A DNA stretch of 64,000 nt from Lophium mytilinum (GCA_010093605.1 MU004192.1:1631464-1695463), one strand, 5' to 3'; shown: positions 11,501-26,238, counted from the first letter of the stretch. The notes: a model not told the origin generated them from the letters alone. Numbers and translations: made by a program.

Positions 11501-14500
11501 ATAAAATAATAGTAGAAGTTATAGAAACCTAGAAAAGCCTAGACATTTTTAAGGTTTCTAGAGGTGGGCTAGTTAAGTACTATTTAAACCTTATATAGGT
11601 CTATACGCACGCTATTAACGCCTATAATAATACCTAGGTACTTAACTTTCTAGGCTGTAAATTTAGACTTATAAATATTAAGGAAGAGGCCTATATCTTT
11701 TAGTCTTATAACTATAGAAATAATATATTTCTTATACTCTTCTAGGTTATTATTAAAGATAAGTATATTATCTATATAGGCTATATAGTACTAGTTAAGA
11801 TTCTTATATAGTATATTATTAATATAGGCTTAGAATAAGCTAGGTGCATTATATAAGCTAAATAGAAGAACTAAGAATTTAAATAGACTCTATCTTATTA
11901 AGAATACTATTTTATATTTATAACCTTCTTTAATATATAGAGCGTTAAAGGCGCTAATAATATCTAGCTTAGTATAGTATTTAGCTTTAGCTAGTAGAGC
12001 TAATATATTCTTAACTAGGGGTAGTATATTATAGCTTTTAATTATAATATTATTTAGTTCTCTATAGTCTATATAGACACGCAGGCCCCTACTAGGTTTT
12101 TTAATAATAAGTATTAGGGCGGTAAAGAAGAATAAACTCGGCTAAATAAAGCCTTTAGATTGTATTTTATTAATAAATACTTTAACTATAGCGGCTTAAT
12201 CTTATAAGAGACTATAGACCTTCTATACTAGTAGCTTACTATTAGGCGTAAGGTTAATTAAGTAGTTTATTTCGCGGTAAGGGGGTAGTATATTAGCTAC
12301 TTATAGGTCCCATGCATTAAAGAGGTAGTAGAGCTAATCTAGTAGTAGCTATTTAATCTTATTATTAGTAATAGGTAGTCTATTTATTTTATTAAAGAAT
12401 TTTCTATAGTTAGTAGGGTTAATTATAAAGAGATTAGATATAAATATAGCTTATTTCTAAGCTAGGGCCTTATTTAGCTCCTTAAGTCTATAGAGGGCTA
12501 GATTATTAGCTATAGTACTAGTATAGGTAGCCTTATTCTTATAGGCGTTAAGATAGTAAAGCTTATTAAAGTTTTTATTCTATAGTTAGATAATAGTATC
12601 TTTCTTACCTTTATAGGTAAGTTTATAATATTTAGTAAGAAAGTTATTAGCTTTATCTAGGTTAAGGCTAAGCTTATAGTAATAATTAATAATTTTATAT
12701 AAGGCGCTATTATATAGTTTCTTTTCTTTATAAGTAATATCTTAGTTATAACTATTACTTTAGACGCGCCGGTAGCTATCTATATATAGGTAGTAGCTTA
12801 TATAGTAGTTAGAGTTAAAGTCTAGAGTATACTCTCTCTATATAGAATAGGGCTTATAGCGCTTAAACTAGAGTATACTAAGAATAATATTATAGCCTTA
12901 AAGGTTAGTAATATAGTACTATAGGTATTTAATATAAGCGCTAAGTAATAGTGTAATCTAGGCTTTATATATAACTATTAGCGTAGAGTAACTATTAGTA
13001 AGCTATAGAGATATTAGTTTAGTAATTATAATAGTTATAAGTTTCTAGGCCTTTATAAATATCTATAATATAAAGGCTAGGTATAAGTAACTAGTATCTA
13101 TAAGATATCTACTATTAATAGCGCCTATAGTAGTATAAATTTAATACTTAAAGTTTAATTACTTGCCTTACGTAACTTTCTTAGAGGAATTAATAGCGCA
13201 AGTAGAGAGCTAGAGTTTATCTAGCTTAGGGGGTAGTTACTCTAGTTCTTAAATACAGGCGACTAGTATACTTAAATAAGTATCTACTAGACTCTAACTA
13301 TAACTATAGTTAGAGTCTAGGGAAAATCCTTACTATCTAAGAAATTTCCTTGCGCTATATTATTGTCGCTGCTATTATAGTTAATAGTAGCTAGAGTATT
13401 ACTAAGCTTAATATTAGATATAGAGTTATCTATATAGTAGATTATAGAGAGCTTTAAATCTAGTTCTTTCTAGAAACGGGTAAGATATTATTAGACTATC
13501 TTTTTAAAGGGAGGGGCGTTCTTTATATAGAAATAGTCGCGGTTTAATATATAATATTCTATCTTTAGGTAGTTATAGTAGACATCTTTATCTTATTTAC
13601 TAAGTACTTTAGTTACTATAGAAGGGAGATAAATGCGGCAGGTATTACTATTATAGTCTTAGCGGCGTAAGCTATTATCTATAATAGGGCGTAATAAATA
13701 TACTTTAGAGTTACGGTTAAAGTTCTAGAAGCTATAATTAGACTTCTTACTAAATAGCTTATTAGTATATGCGGATCTATTACTATTATTCTAGAATAGG
13801 CTGTTAGTGCGTTATTATTTACAGGCACGCTTGCGTTTACTAGTAAGAAAAGACACTGCGCGGTTAATAGTAGTAACTAGTTCTATTTAGAATGTATAGT
13901 TATTAGCTGCACTAAAGACCTAACTTTTAAGTTTAGGGGTAATAAGGTACTTAAGCTATTCTTTCTAATTAATAAAGTCTATTTCCTTATTAGAGTCTAT
14001 TAATATTATTTCCTAGAACTAGAGAAGAAAGACGGGCTATTTCTTATTATATTTTATAAACGCCTATTAGCTATAAAGCTTATTATTTATAGCTATAGCT
14101 TTATTCTTAATTATAAAATATAGATCTATTATTTTAAATATTTCTTTAATTATTTTAAAGTTATTATTTATAGGGCGGTTCTATTAAATATAGTTATATA
14201 TAACGCTTTTAGTAAATCTAATATAGTAAGATTTAATATATTTAAGCTTAGCTTACTTATTATAGAAATCTTAAGATTTATTCTAGAAGATAGTATAGGC
14301 GTGCGCTTTCTATAATTTATATTTAGACTAGTTATCTTAGCCTTTAAATTTCTATAGATCGCGGAACTTAGTATAGAGTTAGTGCAGGCTAGTAGTAAGT
14401 TAGGTATTTAGATTATATAAGAAGTTAGGCTAGGTAAAATAGTTATAGTTAGGCGGTTTATTATTATCGCCTTTATTAGAGAGGTAGCCGTAGTTACCTT

Positions 14501-16344
14501 AGTTAGTAGCGTTATCTTATTAAGAGCGCGCTTAGGGTTATTCTTATATAGCTTATTTATACTTCTTCTTATACTCTATACCTTAAGCGTAGAAGGTATT
14601 ACGCTGCTATTAGTATTAATTGCAGTAAAAGGTAACCTTAGCTACCTTAGTAGTAAGGCCTTTAATCTTAATACTAAGCTTAGTAATAAGAATAGCCTAA
14701 GCGTTGTTTTTCTTATACTTATTAGCTAGTTGCTTAGTAAGGTAATTATATTTATTAGTAAAGTTAGTAGTATTAACGCGTATTTTAGCTACCTAGCAAT
14801 AGAGCTTTATATATTAGTTGCAGAGATTATTAAGTTTAACTTTATTTAACGCGCTTACGGGCTATTCTTAAAGTTGCGCTATCTTATTATCTTTCTCTTA
14901 AATAGCTGCCGCTATATTTCTAATATCTTTATATAACTTACCTAGTTCTTAGTAGTAGTTAAGTAGTATAGCGTAAATACTAATATACTTATTTTAAGCT
15001 ATATCGCGAAGCTCTTCTATATTATTAATAGTAATATTAATAGATTATCTATTACTACTATAGTTAATAGTAAAGACTATACTATTATTATTATCTATAA
15101 GAAGAGACTATTAATAATTAGGCGGTTAGCTACTAGTTATAGTAGAGCTAGCGCCTGCGTTAGCTATATTAGGCTAGTCTTAAGAGGGCAGGTTAGAGTA
15201 GGTATTTAGAATTATAATAGTATTAGTAGTAGAGGTAATTAGAATTTAGAAGAAAAATAAAGTAGTTAGATTAACTAGGGGTTTAGTAAATTAGATAGTA
15301 TAAGGTATAGATGTTTTAGTAAATAACTTAAAGTCTTTTTTATCTTTATCTTTACCTTCTTATATATAGGCGTTATTATTAGTATTCTACTTAGTAGAGT
15401 TAGTAAGATTATATTAAACTTAGCTCTATAGTAGGTTAGTACTAAATTAATTTAGTAGAAGGTAAATATCTAGTTCTAGATTACTAAATTTTTTAGCGCG
15501 TGCAGTAAAAGCTTCTAGAGTTATAGTTAGTTAATATTATAATACTTCTCCGCCGCCTATCTTATAGGCGGCTTTCTTTTCTTAGTAGTTAAGCTTATGC
15601 ACTTCTTAAGAATTAGATATAAGAGTAGACTAAGTAGCTTATAAGCTAGAAAGAGAAAGGGTAGAAGTATAACTAAGGATAACTAGATGCTTATTAAGGT
15701 TACCGCTAGAAGGTAAACCTATAGGCTGCGCGCTTAGTATAGCTATACTATATAGAGTTAGAGTTTTTCTACTATAGCTTAGTATAGCTAGTCTTAGGGG
15801 TATTATTTATATCTTTACTAGTAAGTATTTATTAACTATCTAATAAGAAAGGTTAGTATAAGGTAGAGGGTATAGGTCCTCTATAAAAGCTTAAAAGTAG
15901 GCGTACTTTCTAGAGTAGCTAGTACTATACTTAGCGGCTGCCTTTAATTAGTAAATAAAAATAGAATAACTATATATAGACTAGTTAGTTATATATAATA
16001 GTAGTAAGTAGGTATATAGGGCCTGCGCGCTAGCCTATTACTAATAGGGTATATATAGTTCTTACTCTATTAGTAGAAAGTAACTATACTTATATTAGTT
16101 AGTTGCGCGTAATAGTAAGTAGGTATATAAAGCCTGCGCGCCTCTAATTAGCGGGGTATATAGAGTCCTTACTATAAGATTATAGAGCCTTCTTTTAAGC
16201 CTCTCTTATATTAATATAGAGGGTATTAGGTTTATATATTAAAATTTTAGCCTATTAAATTAGCTAGGTATATATATAGGTAGATAGGTAGGTAGAAAAA
16301 AGTACTTCTAGAAACTTCTAGAAGCTAGAAGGGTAGCTACTTTA

Positions 16345-16564
16345 TATTATAGTATAATAGTAGATTGTAAGAGAAGACCTAATATTAGTATATATAGATA
16401 AAGTAGCTATAAGAGAGAGAGAAGGGCGCGGAGCGCCGGCTAAAAGGTAGGCAAGGCTAGCGCTAAGCCTAGTTATATAATAGTAATTATATACTAGAGG
16501 GCATATAACGCTGTTATATATATTAGAAATATATTATAATAGAAGTTACATTATAGCTATAATA
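16345..16564 (-). repeat. 5' LTR of nested element (220 bp)
   Basis: Direct repeat of 8186-8569 without the internal duplication; followed by TSD ATAGC. Confidence 0.9.
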
Positions 16565-19500
16565 ATAGCTTTTAATAATTCTATTTTAATTTCTTAAGCC
16601 TTCTAATACTATACTATATCTTTTAATTATTTAAACTATACTAAATACCCTCTAAAGTTTAAAGGTAGTAGTAGAGCTTAGAGAAATATACTACTTTAAG
16701 AGTTTCTTAGTAATATTAGAAATAATAAACTAATTTTAAATAAAAACTATAGCTATACTTTATACTTTATAGAGCTTCTTAAATAGTATTTAGGCTTAAA
16801 AGTAGATTATAGTAAGAATTCTAGGGCTTCTTCTACCTATAGGGCCTATAACTACTACTTAAAAATATTTTTAGAAGGCTATTAGTTTAGTAAATATATT
16901 TAGGCTTATAATTTAAATAGTTCTTCTCTCTACTAAAAATCCTATATAGAATATTATTAGTAGAGTAGTAAGGGGACTTATCTATTTTAAGATAAGTTTA
17001 GCTTTACTTTTAAAGTATCTTAGAACTTAGCTAATACCTATTATAGAAGAATAGACTTTAATAGCTTATTAAAAGACTACTAGGGCTTATATTTAATAAG
17101 GTTACTATAATATTACTAAGTTTATATCTTCTCTTTATAACTAAGAATTTCTTAAGAATCTAGCTAAAAATATAGTATACTTAGCCTTAGCTATATAGCT
17201 ACTAATAAAATTAATTTAAAGAAAGACTACTATACTACTATATAATCTAGGTATTTCTTATACTTTTAAATCTCTAATAGCTTAATATTACCTATAGAGC
17301 TCTAGTAGTACTTCTATTTAGGCTTCTAGTTTAAGATTTAGCTTCTAGTAATTATCTATAGCTATATTAGGTTTAGAAAATATAGCTACTTTAGATTCTA
17401 GTACTTAAGGTTTAAGGTAATACTCTCTAACCTCTTCTACTTAGCCTTTAACTTCTCTAACTTCTTTAACCTCTTACTCTTCTTTAGGTTTTCTATAGTA
17501 CTTCTAAGAGCCTACTTCTAATATACTATTAAGCTACTGCTTATTCTAGTTATCTATTAGTAATAATAATAATTCTACTAGAGAGACCCCTTTAAACTCT
17601 ACTTAGTATTAGATAGGCTCTCTAAATACTATTCTCTAGAAGAATAGGGCTAGTAAGTATAGCTAAAATATATTAACTTAGAGCGCTACTTTAAAGTAGC
17701 CTTAGAAGAATAATAATAGCTATTCTAGTAGTAGTAGTAGCTATAGAAGTCCTAGTAGAAGAAGTTCTAGTAGTAGAATAGCTATCTAGAAGAACTAAGA
17801 GTATATTAGCTTAGTAGATATTAATAGAAAAGTATTAATTTTTCCTCCCCTTCTAGATATAAGAAGGGTTAAGTATAATAGAAGTATAAGCTTAGCTTAG
17901 TTAATCTCTAATATAGGTTCTTAAATTTATTATCTTTTTAATTCTCTAAAGATAAAATATAGCTAAATAAGTAATAATAAAGAATTAAACGCTTAAATCT
18001 AAATTAATAAAGAAAATCTAGGTAATAAATATATAGAGTTCTTCTAATACTCTATTAGCTTAGAATAGAAGCGCTATTTAAGCTTTCTTATATTTTCTTC
18101 TGCGTAACTCTATATTAAGAGCTTAGGTAGGTTATATTATAGTTATATTAAAATTACTATCTAAATCTAACTTATAATTACTACTAGCACTCTTATTATC
18201 TTTAATATCTATTATACTAGTATTACTACTAGAGGAGCTCTCTAATTAAATATTAGAGTTAGTATTCTTATCTAAGGACTTATTATTTATGCGCATTTTA
18301 GTATCCTTAGCTCTTAAGTTAATCTCTTTATTCTATAGCTCTATAGTATTATTAGTTTAAATAATAGTATTACCTCTTAGCTGCATAATAATAGTATTTC
18401 TATTATACTTATTATTATCTTAGTATATAGTATTAGGTAATTAGATAGTAGTATTTATATTTTTAGGTATTTTATTACTATCTTAAGCTAATTTTAATAG
18501 CTTCCTATTATTAGTATTTATAGCTAGTACTAATATATTATTAGGTTGTTCTATAGGTACTATATAATTACTAGTTCTCTATAGAATATTAAGCTTATCT
18601 TAACTTATCTCTAGCTTATATATATAAACTTTCTAATAGGTATTTATAGTAGTCTTACTTATATCTTTATATTATATAACTATAAAGCTAGTAACCTATA
18701 CTAGTATAATAGTTAATTAACCCTTCTTAGGTTTCTTTTTCTTAGTAGCTTATTAGTCTCTCTTAAAAACTCTCTTTTTAAAATCTCTTAGTATTTAATA
18801 TAGCTTTAGTTTAGGCAGTTTCTAAGTATTCTTCTTCCCTTTCTAGAAGAGCTCCGCGCCCTTATACTACTATTTTAATTAATACTTAGTAATCTTTTAA
18901 TTCTATTCTACTTTAGAAATTATAGTAAATTTAGACTATAGCTTTCTATTAGCATTATCTATATTTAATATATCTGCAATAGCGTTATTACTAGGTTTAA
19001 TTTCTTCTTAATATGCAGCACGCTCTTTATTAGTATTATTAAAATCCTCTTAGTTTTAAAGTACTTAGTTATCTTCTAATATATTATTAGAATATTCTAA
19101 GCTATATTTAGGGTCTTCTTAGTTCTAAAACTTTATATAAGTATTAATATATATATTTACTAACCTATTACTATAAATAAGGTTTTTTAATACTTAATTA
19201 GTAGGCGTTTAAAGTATATAGATACTAAAAGGATAAATAGTAATAATTTTAAATAGACTAAACTATTTTACTCTAAATTTTCTCTTAACCTTATTTTAAA
19301 GAAGTATCTAAAAACTAATCTTCTATTAAGTAACTAGATACTTCTTAGATAGAGGTTATAGATTCTATAGGCCTGCTATAATTACTTTCTTTAGTAGCTA
19401 ATCTTCTACTAGTACATGCGTATATTAAACTTTTCTAATATAGGCTAAATAATACTCTAATTTAGCTTCTTTATCTATAGTCTTATTAAGAGCCGGTACT

Positions 19501-22500
19501 AAAGTATTATTAGGTACTTAAGGATATCTACTATATATAAGATAGTAGGGAGTATAGCTATAGAAGGTATTCTAAGTATATATTATATATACTATAGCCA
19601 GTAACTAGATATTTTATATAGCTATATCTTAATTAATTATTAGCTTTATAAGAATATTCTCTAAGACTTTATTAAGCCTCTCTATCTTACTATTTACCTA
19701 AGAGTAATATAGTATTATAATATTATAGCGAGCCTTAATAAGCTTTTATAGTACTATAATAACTTTAGAAAGAAAGTTTAAACTATTATTAAAAGTAAAT
19801 ACTACTAGGGGTCTATACTAGTAGTAGATTCTTTTATAGATAAATATTACTATAGTCTTAGCTTAAGTATTAGAAAGCGCAGTAGCTTTAGGCTAACCTA
19901 TAGTATAATTAATAGTAGTAATAATCTAGCAATTTCTATAGATTAATTATAGTAATCTACTAATTAAATTAATGCCCTATTTATTAAATAGATCTTAATC
20001 TTTAACCTAATAAAATATTAGTTTATAAATAATCTTTCCCTTTTATACTAGCTAGTATAAGGTATACTTATAAGCATATTTATTAGTATTATAACTTATT
20101 ATTAGCTACTAGCTATATACTTATAGGGCCTTCTATATACTATAGTATATAAAGTAGCCTAGCTAGTAGGTTCTATTAAGAACCTATTAATAATAGAAAG
20201 GTGTAATATATAGTATAGTATTCTTAAGAGTATATAGATCTAGATTACTATTAGGTTTATAGAAGTAATAGCATAGTTCTTCTTTTAGAATTATAAAGTT
20301 TTAATATAGAAATAGATAGATTCTTTAGTAGTAAAGCTAGTGTTATTTTAATTTAGCCTCTAATAGCTATTTAGAGAGAGTAGGCTTAAGGCCTATTATA
20401 AGAAACTTCTTTAAATCTTTAATATACTCTATATTAGAATCTTTATACTTAGAGAGAGCTATAAGGCGTTTTTAGATAAAATTAGGGCGCCTACTAATTA
20501 TATCTAGTACTATTATAAGGGCTTTTAAGTAATACTATATTATAGAGTTATACTACTAGAAATTCTTAATCTATTAAGTAAGCCTTAGTAAGGCTTTCTT
20601 AGTAGTTTATAGGTATTATAATAAGTAGTAATTAGTTATAATTATTAATTCTTTCTCTTAAATATAGTATTACTAAATTCTAAGCGCTTCTTTAATTACT
20701 AGAAGTTCTTTTTTATAAACTAGATAGTTTAATTTAGCTTTATTAAGCTTCTAACCGTTAAATATAATAGGGTGCTACTTGCTATCTTCTTCTTATTAGA
20801 GAAGGACTATTCTAATAGTAAAATTAGAAGCGTCTATTTTAATCTAAAAGGGCTTTAACTAGTTAATAAGAGTAAGTATAGGGCGTTTAATAAGCTTTCG
20901 CTTAAGGGAGTTAAAAGTAATTTAATAGCTAATATTCTATATAATAGCTTAGTACTTTTTCTTTTATATTATAGTATTACTTTCCTTTAGAAGCTTATAG
21001 AGAGGTGCTAATATATAGATAAAGTTCTTAATAAACTTTTAATAGTATATTACTAGTCTAATAAACTATTAGACCTTATAAATATTAGTAGAAATAGACT
21101 AACGCTAAATAGCGTCTAGTTTATTAGTTATTAGTTTTATAGTTCCGTAAGAAACTATATAGCTATAGAACTTAATAGTTTTTTAAGTAATTAAGTACTT
21201 ATTAGTTTTAGTAAATAGTTATTTCTTATAGAGAGCTTTAAATAATAATTAGAGGTAGTTAAGATACTCTTCTAATATTTCTAAAAATACTATAATATTA
21301 TTTATATAGATAAGTATAAATTAATATAGGTATAGTTATAAGGTATTATTTATAATAGCTTAAAAGGTAGTAGAAGCATTATAGAGGCTAAAAAGTATAA
21401 CTAGAAATTTAAATTTCCCTTTAATTATATTAAAAGTAGTCTTATAGATATTTAATTAATAAACGCGCAGCTAGTAATATCTAGAGGTTAAATTAATCTT
21501 AGTAAAGAACCTAGCCTTTCTAAATAACTATAGGCAGTTATTAATATATAGTAGAGGGTAGGTATTCTTCTAGATTACTAGATTAAGTACTCTATAGTTA
21601 ATATATATTTACTACTTACTATTTAGCTTTAGAATAAAAAGAACTAGAGATCTCTAGGTACTAATAGACTCTTAGATAAGGCTCTATTCTAGTAGCTTAT
21701 AGATTTATTAAGTCTATTTTTCTATTTAATAATATAAGAGGTAGTATATAGTATTATTTACTAGCTTTATATCTCTAGTATTAATTAGATAGTTATATCT
21801 ATACTTAGGCGGTAGAATATTAGAGAGAATATTATAGAAATAAGGTTTATACTCTTTAAAAAGCTCTTAAAACTTCTCTTATATAGAAGTAGTAATATAA
21901 TTAATTAAGGGCAATAAATTCTTATCTTCTAATAGTAGATTAGTGCTAGGTTATAGTACCTAATCTAGTATTAGTTTATTAGAAGCTTTTATAATATAAA
22001 GGTAAGCGGAATTAAGCTTATCTACTAAGAGCCTCTTATACTCCTAATAGAATATTATATTAATAAAACCCTAGTATTCTAGTTTAGAAAGACTAAGGTC
22101 TATAATAGGGCTTAATATATTAAGCTAATAAGCTACTAGTTTAATCTTTAGGTTGCGGCTAACCTGCGTTTATAAGGTAATAGAATTAGTAAAGAAGTTA
22201 ATAATAGCTTAGTATTACTATAGCTAGGTTATACTAAGAATATATTAATACCCTTTAAGGTCTAGAATATATATAGTTAAAGTACCTAATAGTATATAGA
22301 TTTTAAATAGAATCTCTAAGGCTTTTATACTAATTATAGTTATACCTAAGAGAAGTTTAACTGCCTTAGGGGCTATTATTTTAATATTCCTTAGCTAATA
22401 TTAAGCATGCTTTAATAATATATAGATAGAATTAGCGCTATAGTTAATTAAAAAGGTAGTTCTTTTCTAATAGTTAGATAGTTCTAAAGTTCTCTTATAT

Positions 22501-24848
22501 TCTAAAAGATATTTACCTAAAGAGTTAAGGTAGTAGATCCTTTCTTCTATTAATTTAATAATAATTTAGTTAGAAGAATTATTAAAGGGCGGCTAATTCT
22601 TTTCTATTATAAGTTTATAAAAAGTAAAAGTCTTATCTTTTAGATTAGTTAGTTACTCTAAGGCTACTAACCCTTCTAGTTTTCTAATAGCTTTTTAGTA
22701 AGCTAAGTATAGTTACGCTTAATATAGCCCTTCTTACTATAATTATAGTACTTATATATATTAGTATTCTATTAAGTATTACCTTTACTATATCTACTAT
22801 AGCTCTAACCGCGTTCTTAAGATCTAGTAGTATTTCTACCTTTAAAGGCGTTAAGTTTAGTATTATCTTTAGTATCTAGATATTTATATTTACTAGAATT
22901 AATATTAGTTACTTAAAAGTAATTATTATCTAATTCTTTATTAGCTCTAGAGATAGTATTAAGGCGGCCCTAATAGTCTCTTATTCTCTTATACTAGAAG
23001 ATCTAATACTTATTAGTAGTAGTAACCTATACTATCTATTTATTAAAATTAGAAGGGGCCTACACTTAGGCGTTAATATAAAACTTAAGGCTAGATTTTA
23101 AACCTATATAGGTATATTAATATACTTTAAGATTAGATAGAGCTATATTAAGAGGGTATATATAAGTAGCCCTAATAAGCTTATTAAAGAACTACTAAGT
23201 ACTAGTTATCTATACTATCTTATTAAAGTAATATTAGCATTACTCTAGTATATCCGCGCTTTTATAGCGGTAACTAAAGATAGTAAAGAACTAATCTAAT
23301 ATAGTAAACTTAGTATTACCTTAGTAGTGCTATTAAATATCTTAATTCTATTAAATAGCTATAGTTCTAGCTATATAGCTACCGGCTAGCTAAATCTTTT
23401 AAGTTTCTAGTATCTACTAGTAAACCTATTAATAGGCGTCTACTTATATAGTAATAAAGTTATATATCTAAACTATCTAGATAGGGTACATATTATTATT
23501 AACTTTATCTAACTATATAGTAGAAGTTTTTATAAGAACTTTAGGTAGCACTATTAGATAAGATTCTTTTATAGCTAATATTCTCTTAAAGGCTTATTAA
23601 AGCTCTTATATAGTTTATTCTAATAGAGGCTTATTATAGTCTAGTATTAGATAATCTAAGAAAGCATTAAATAATAGACTCTAGAAGTTAGTAGCACCCT
23701 AAGAAGTAGGCTACTACTAGGGGTTATTTAATATATTCTTAATATAGGTATAGTAATTAGGGACTTTATATTATAGCTATTCTAGTATAGTAGTATACTA
23801 CTATTATATAGAAGAAGCTAATATAAAACTAAAGAGTTCTAGTTTCTAGTAATCTATTATATACTCTATTATAGAGGCTTTAAAGTATTAATAGCTATCT
23901 AAAGAAGGTATAAATAATAGCCTTTAATAGGTAAGTTCTAGATTATAGGCTAGGGCACTACTATAAATAATTAGAGGACCTTAAACTAGTAGCTTAATAG
24001 GTTCTAGGGTAGCGGCCTACTTAGCCTATAAGGCTAATATTAGATTAGATAGATTATAAGATATAGTACTAAACTAAGAGAGCCTTTAAAAGAGTTCTTA
24101 AAGGTTAAAAGGTAATCTATTAGAATAATAATATCTATTACTAGATATAAAAGAAAGCTAAGGGTTATAGAATATCTAAGAATAAGAAAGAATAGAAAAG
24201 AGTTAATAACTATAATATAATTAAAGTAAGAAGTAAGAAAAAAGTACTAAGATAGTAATATTAGATTTCTTTCTTAAATGCTTTTTAATATCTTATTAGA
24301 GAGAGAGGATTCTTAGAAGGACTTCTCTACTTTCTTCTTATAATTAACTTATAAGAATTTCTAATTACTATATAATTATTAGGCTCTATTAAGCTATAAT
24401 ATTATTCTTCTTACTATTCTACTATTAATCTTACTTTAGTAGCTAATAGAACGCGTAGTTAGTTATGTAGGAATATTAAAAGAGATAGGAAAATCCTATA
24501 GTAATATTCTAGCTAAGAGCTCTTTAAACTTATACTATTTAATTTTTATAAGAATATTTATAATAGGCAGTTATACTATAATACTAGCCTAATACTAATT
24601 AGGGGCTATTATTAATAGTTATTATTAATCTTACTAATTAGGTTAATTTTTAGAAACTATTAATATAGCTTAGTATTATTATAATAATTTAAAAATTCTA
24701 CTAATTATAGAAGCTAATATCTTCTATTATTACTAAGAGTTAATTATAAGAATATAGCCTTAGCTAGCTCTATACTATTAAGTTTAAGAACCTAATAGCC
24801 CTCTAAGAAGGCCTTAGAAGTAGCTAGAACTATAACTAAGCTACTAGA

Positions 24849-25053
24849 TATAATATTTCTAATTATATAATATAAGAATTTAGAGAATAATAGATATTAA
24901 TTCTATATAGAAATCTAGCTAGGCTATATATATATTAGAGAGGCCTATATAGGCCTTAATTATACTAGATTTATATAGAAAAGCGTTTCTATAGTAGATC
25001 TATATATTATATATATAATATCTAAATATTAACTATATATTAAGAATTCTATA
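24849..25053 (-). repeat. LTR of outer element (5' LTR in minus orientation)
   Basis: Direct repeat of 6714-6918, more heavily RIP-ed. Confidence 0.88.
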
Positions 25054-25617
25054 GTAGTATAGTATAGTTTATTTAGTCTAAGATTAATAGTAAAGATTAT
25101 TATATTCTATTAAAGCTAAGCTAGAGCTTATATAACTTCGTTCGCTTAGCGTTATTAGTCTAGAGATATAACCTTCATTAATACGATATAGATGATCTCC
25201 ATCGTTAAAGGCAAGGAACACGGCCCAACAGGACCCCGTAGTCCCTTCCAAACCGCAACCGCTCCCTCTCCATGAGGACTGGAGCATACCACTTCTGACG
25301 TTTGATTTCGGACCACGCCTAAGTCCTCCCATGACGGCTCCTCTTCTGGATGTCTTGCACAGACCGAACAACAAAGCTCCACAGGAGCTTTCTATATGTG
25401 ATATTGAACACCACGGCAAATCCTCCACCTCGAAGTCCATGAGGTTCAAGCTTCCTCCAGCCGGCGGCGAAGATTTATACTGTCGAGAAGTGGGGATCTC
25501 GTGACTTGCCATGGGACGCCGCCTCTCGCACGTGTCGCCACTCACAGCTCGCTGACACTTTAGATATTCCGAGGGACGAGTATAGACCAGAATCCACGTG
25601 ATAAGGCGCCAAAGCAC
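25054..25617 (-). pseudogene. Probable upstream part of the host ORF split by the retrotransposon; RIP leakage at the junction
   Basis: ORF 25084-25617 continues through TAA/TAG codons in TpA-rich DNA to the TSD, in frame with 6263-6712. Further fragmentary frames extend to ~26010. Confidence 0.45.
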
Positions 25618-26238
25618 GTGTGGACGGTCTAAGCTCAGACTTCTTCGGGGTATAAAAGGAGTTCTGGAGGAAAATATTGTCGGCAGCTGAATTTGTCGAG
25701 GCGATCAAAACACCAGGAAGGAGTTTGCGCGATGGTACGGGAGTGGAGACGAAGAGAGCGAGTGCGCCATGGGATCACTTCGTGACTACGAAACCTTCAG
25801 CAACTGCAGCGTTCGGCGCCTATGGAGAGGGGGAGGACTGGGGGACCGGCCAACGCTTTTGGTCTGGCTGATGATGTCAAGCATCAATGTTAGCTTGAGA
25901 TAGGAATCTTTAGGTGCGGAAGATGAGGCGTACCGTTTCTCAAAGACGATGGGAGTGATTGATGGCAAATGGAGGAGGAGATAGGCTGAGCTGGGAGATG
26001 ATATCCATTGTTTAGACTACTAAAATCTGGCGTACGACCTCTCTTCCTACTATAAGTGAGCATTGAAGCACCTCGGCGGTAGTTTCATATCTGCAGTTGA
26101 ACCCATCGCCTACGTTCTGATCTCGGAAGTTCTGGCAGGACCATGAAGAAAGAGGCTTGAAATCGGATCGACGATATTAGGATCAAAAGGCCGCTTTATT
26201 GCACCTCAGTCGACGATTTGCCCTCTTCAGTTACTTTA

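Larger units (their letters stand above)
8186..16564 (-). mobile_element. Nested full-length Ty3/Gypsy LTR retrotransposon, RIP-inactivated
   Basis: LTRs 8186-8569 and 16345-16564; perfect 5-bp TSD ATAGC (8181-8185, 16565-16569); PPT at 8570-8580. Minus strand reads KPSRGLRVYIDYRELN (~12055-12100), LLFSLYNAPS, YIDN (11767-11778, RIP-ed YxDD) and integrase ISNRGA*F (~9920-9945, from VSDRGxQF). Confidence 0.92.
6714..25053 (-). mobile_element. Outer Ty3/Gypsy LTR retrotransposon, RIP-inactivated, carrying a nested element
   Basis: 205-bp direct repeats at 6714-6918 and 24849-25053; 4-bp TSD GCAG (6710-6713) / GTAG (25054-25057, one C>T). Minus strand reads GKFKFLVILFSLYNASTTF and YINN (21297-21308), i.e. 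RIP-ed RT 'MPFGLCNAP...YxDD'. An integrase-like segment near 19660-19830 (YYS*VNSKIERLN ~ YHPQxNGKVERLN) lies downstream of RT, the Gypsy order. Confidence 0.8.

Noticed and set aside
17841..17854. Pyrimidine run TTTCCTCCCCTTCT as a PPT marking another LTR
   Set aside because: No copy of either LTR family is adjacent.
25620..26100. F-box-like start for the split pseudogene
   Set aside because: Frames are fragmentary and the resemblance is too weak to name.
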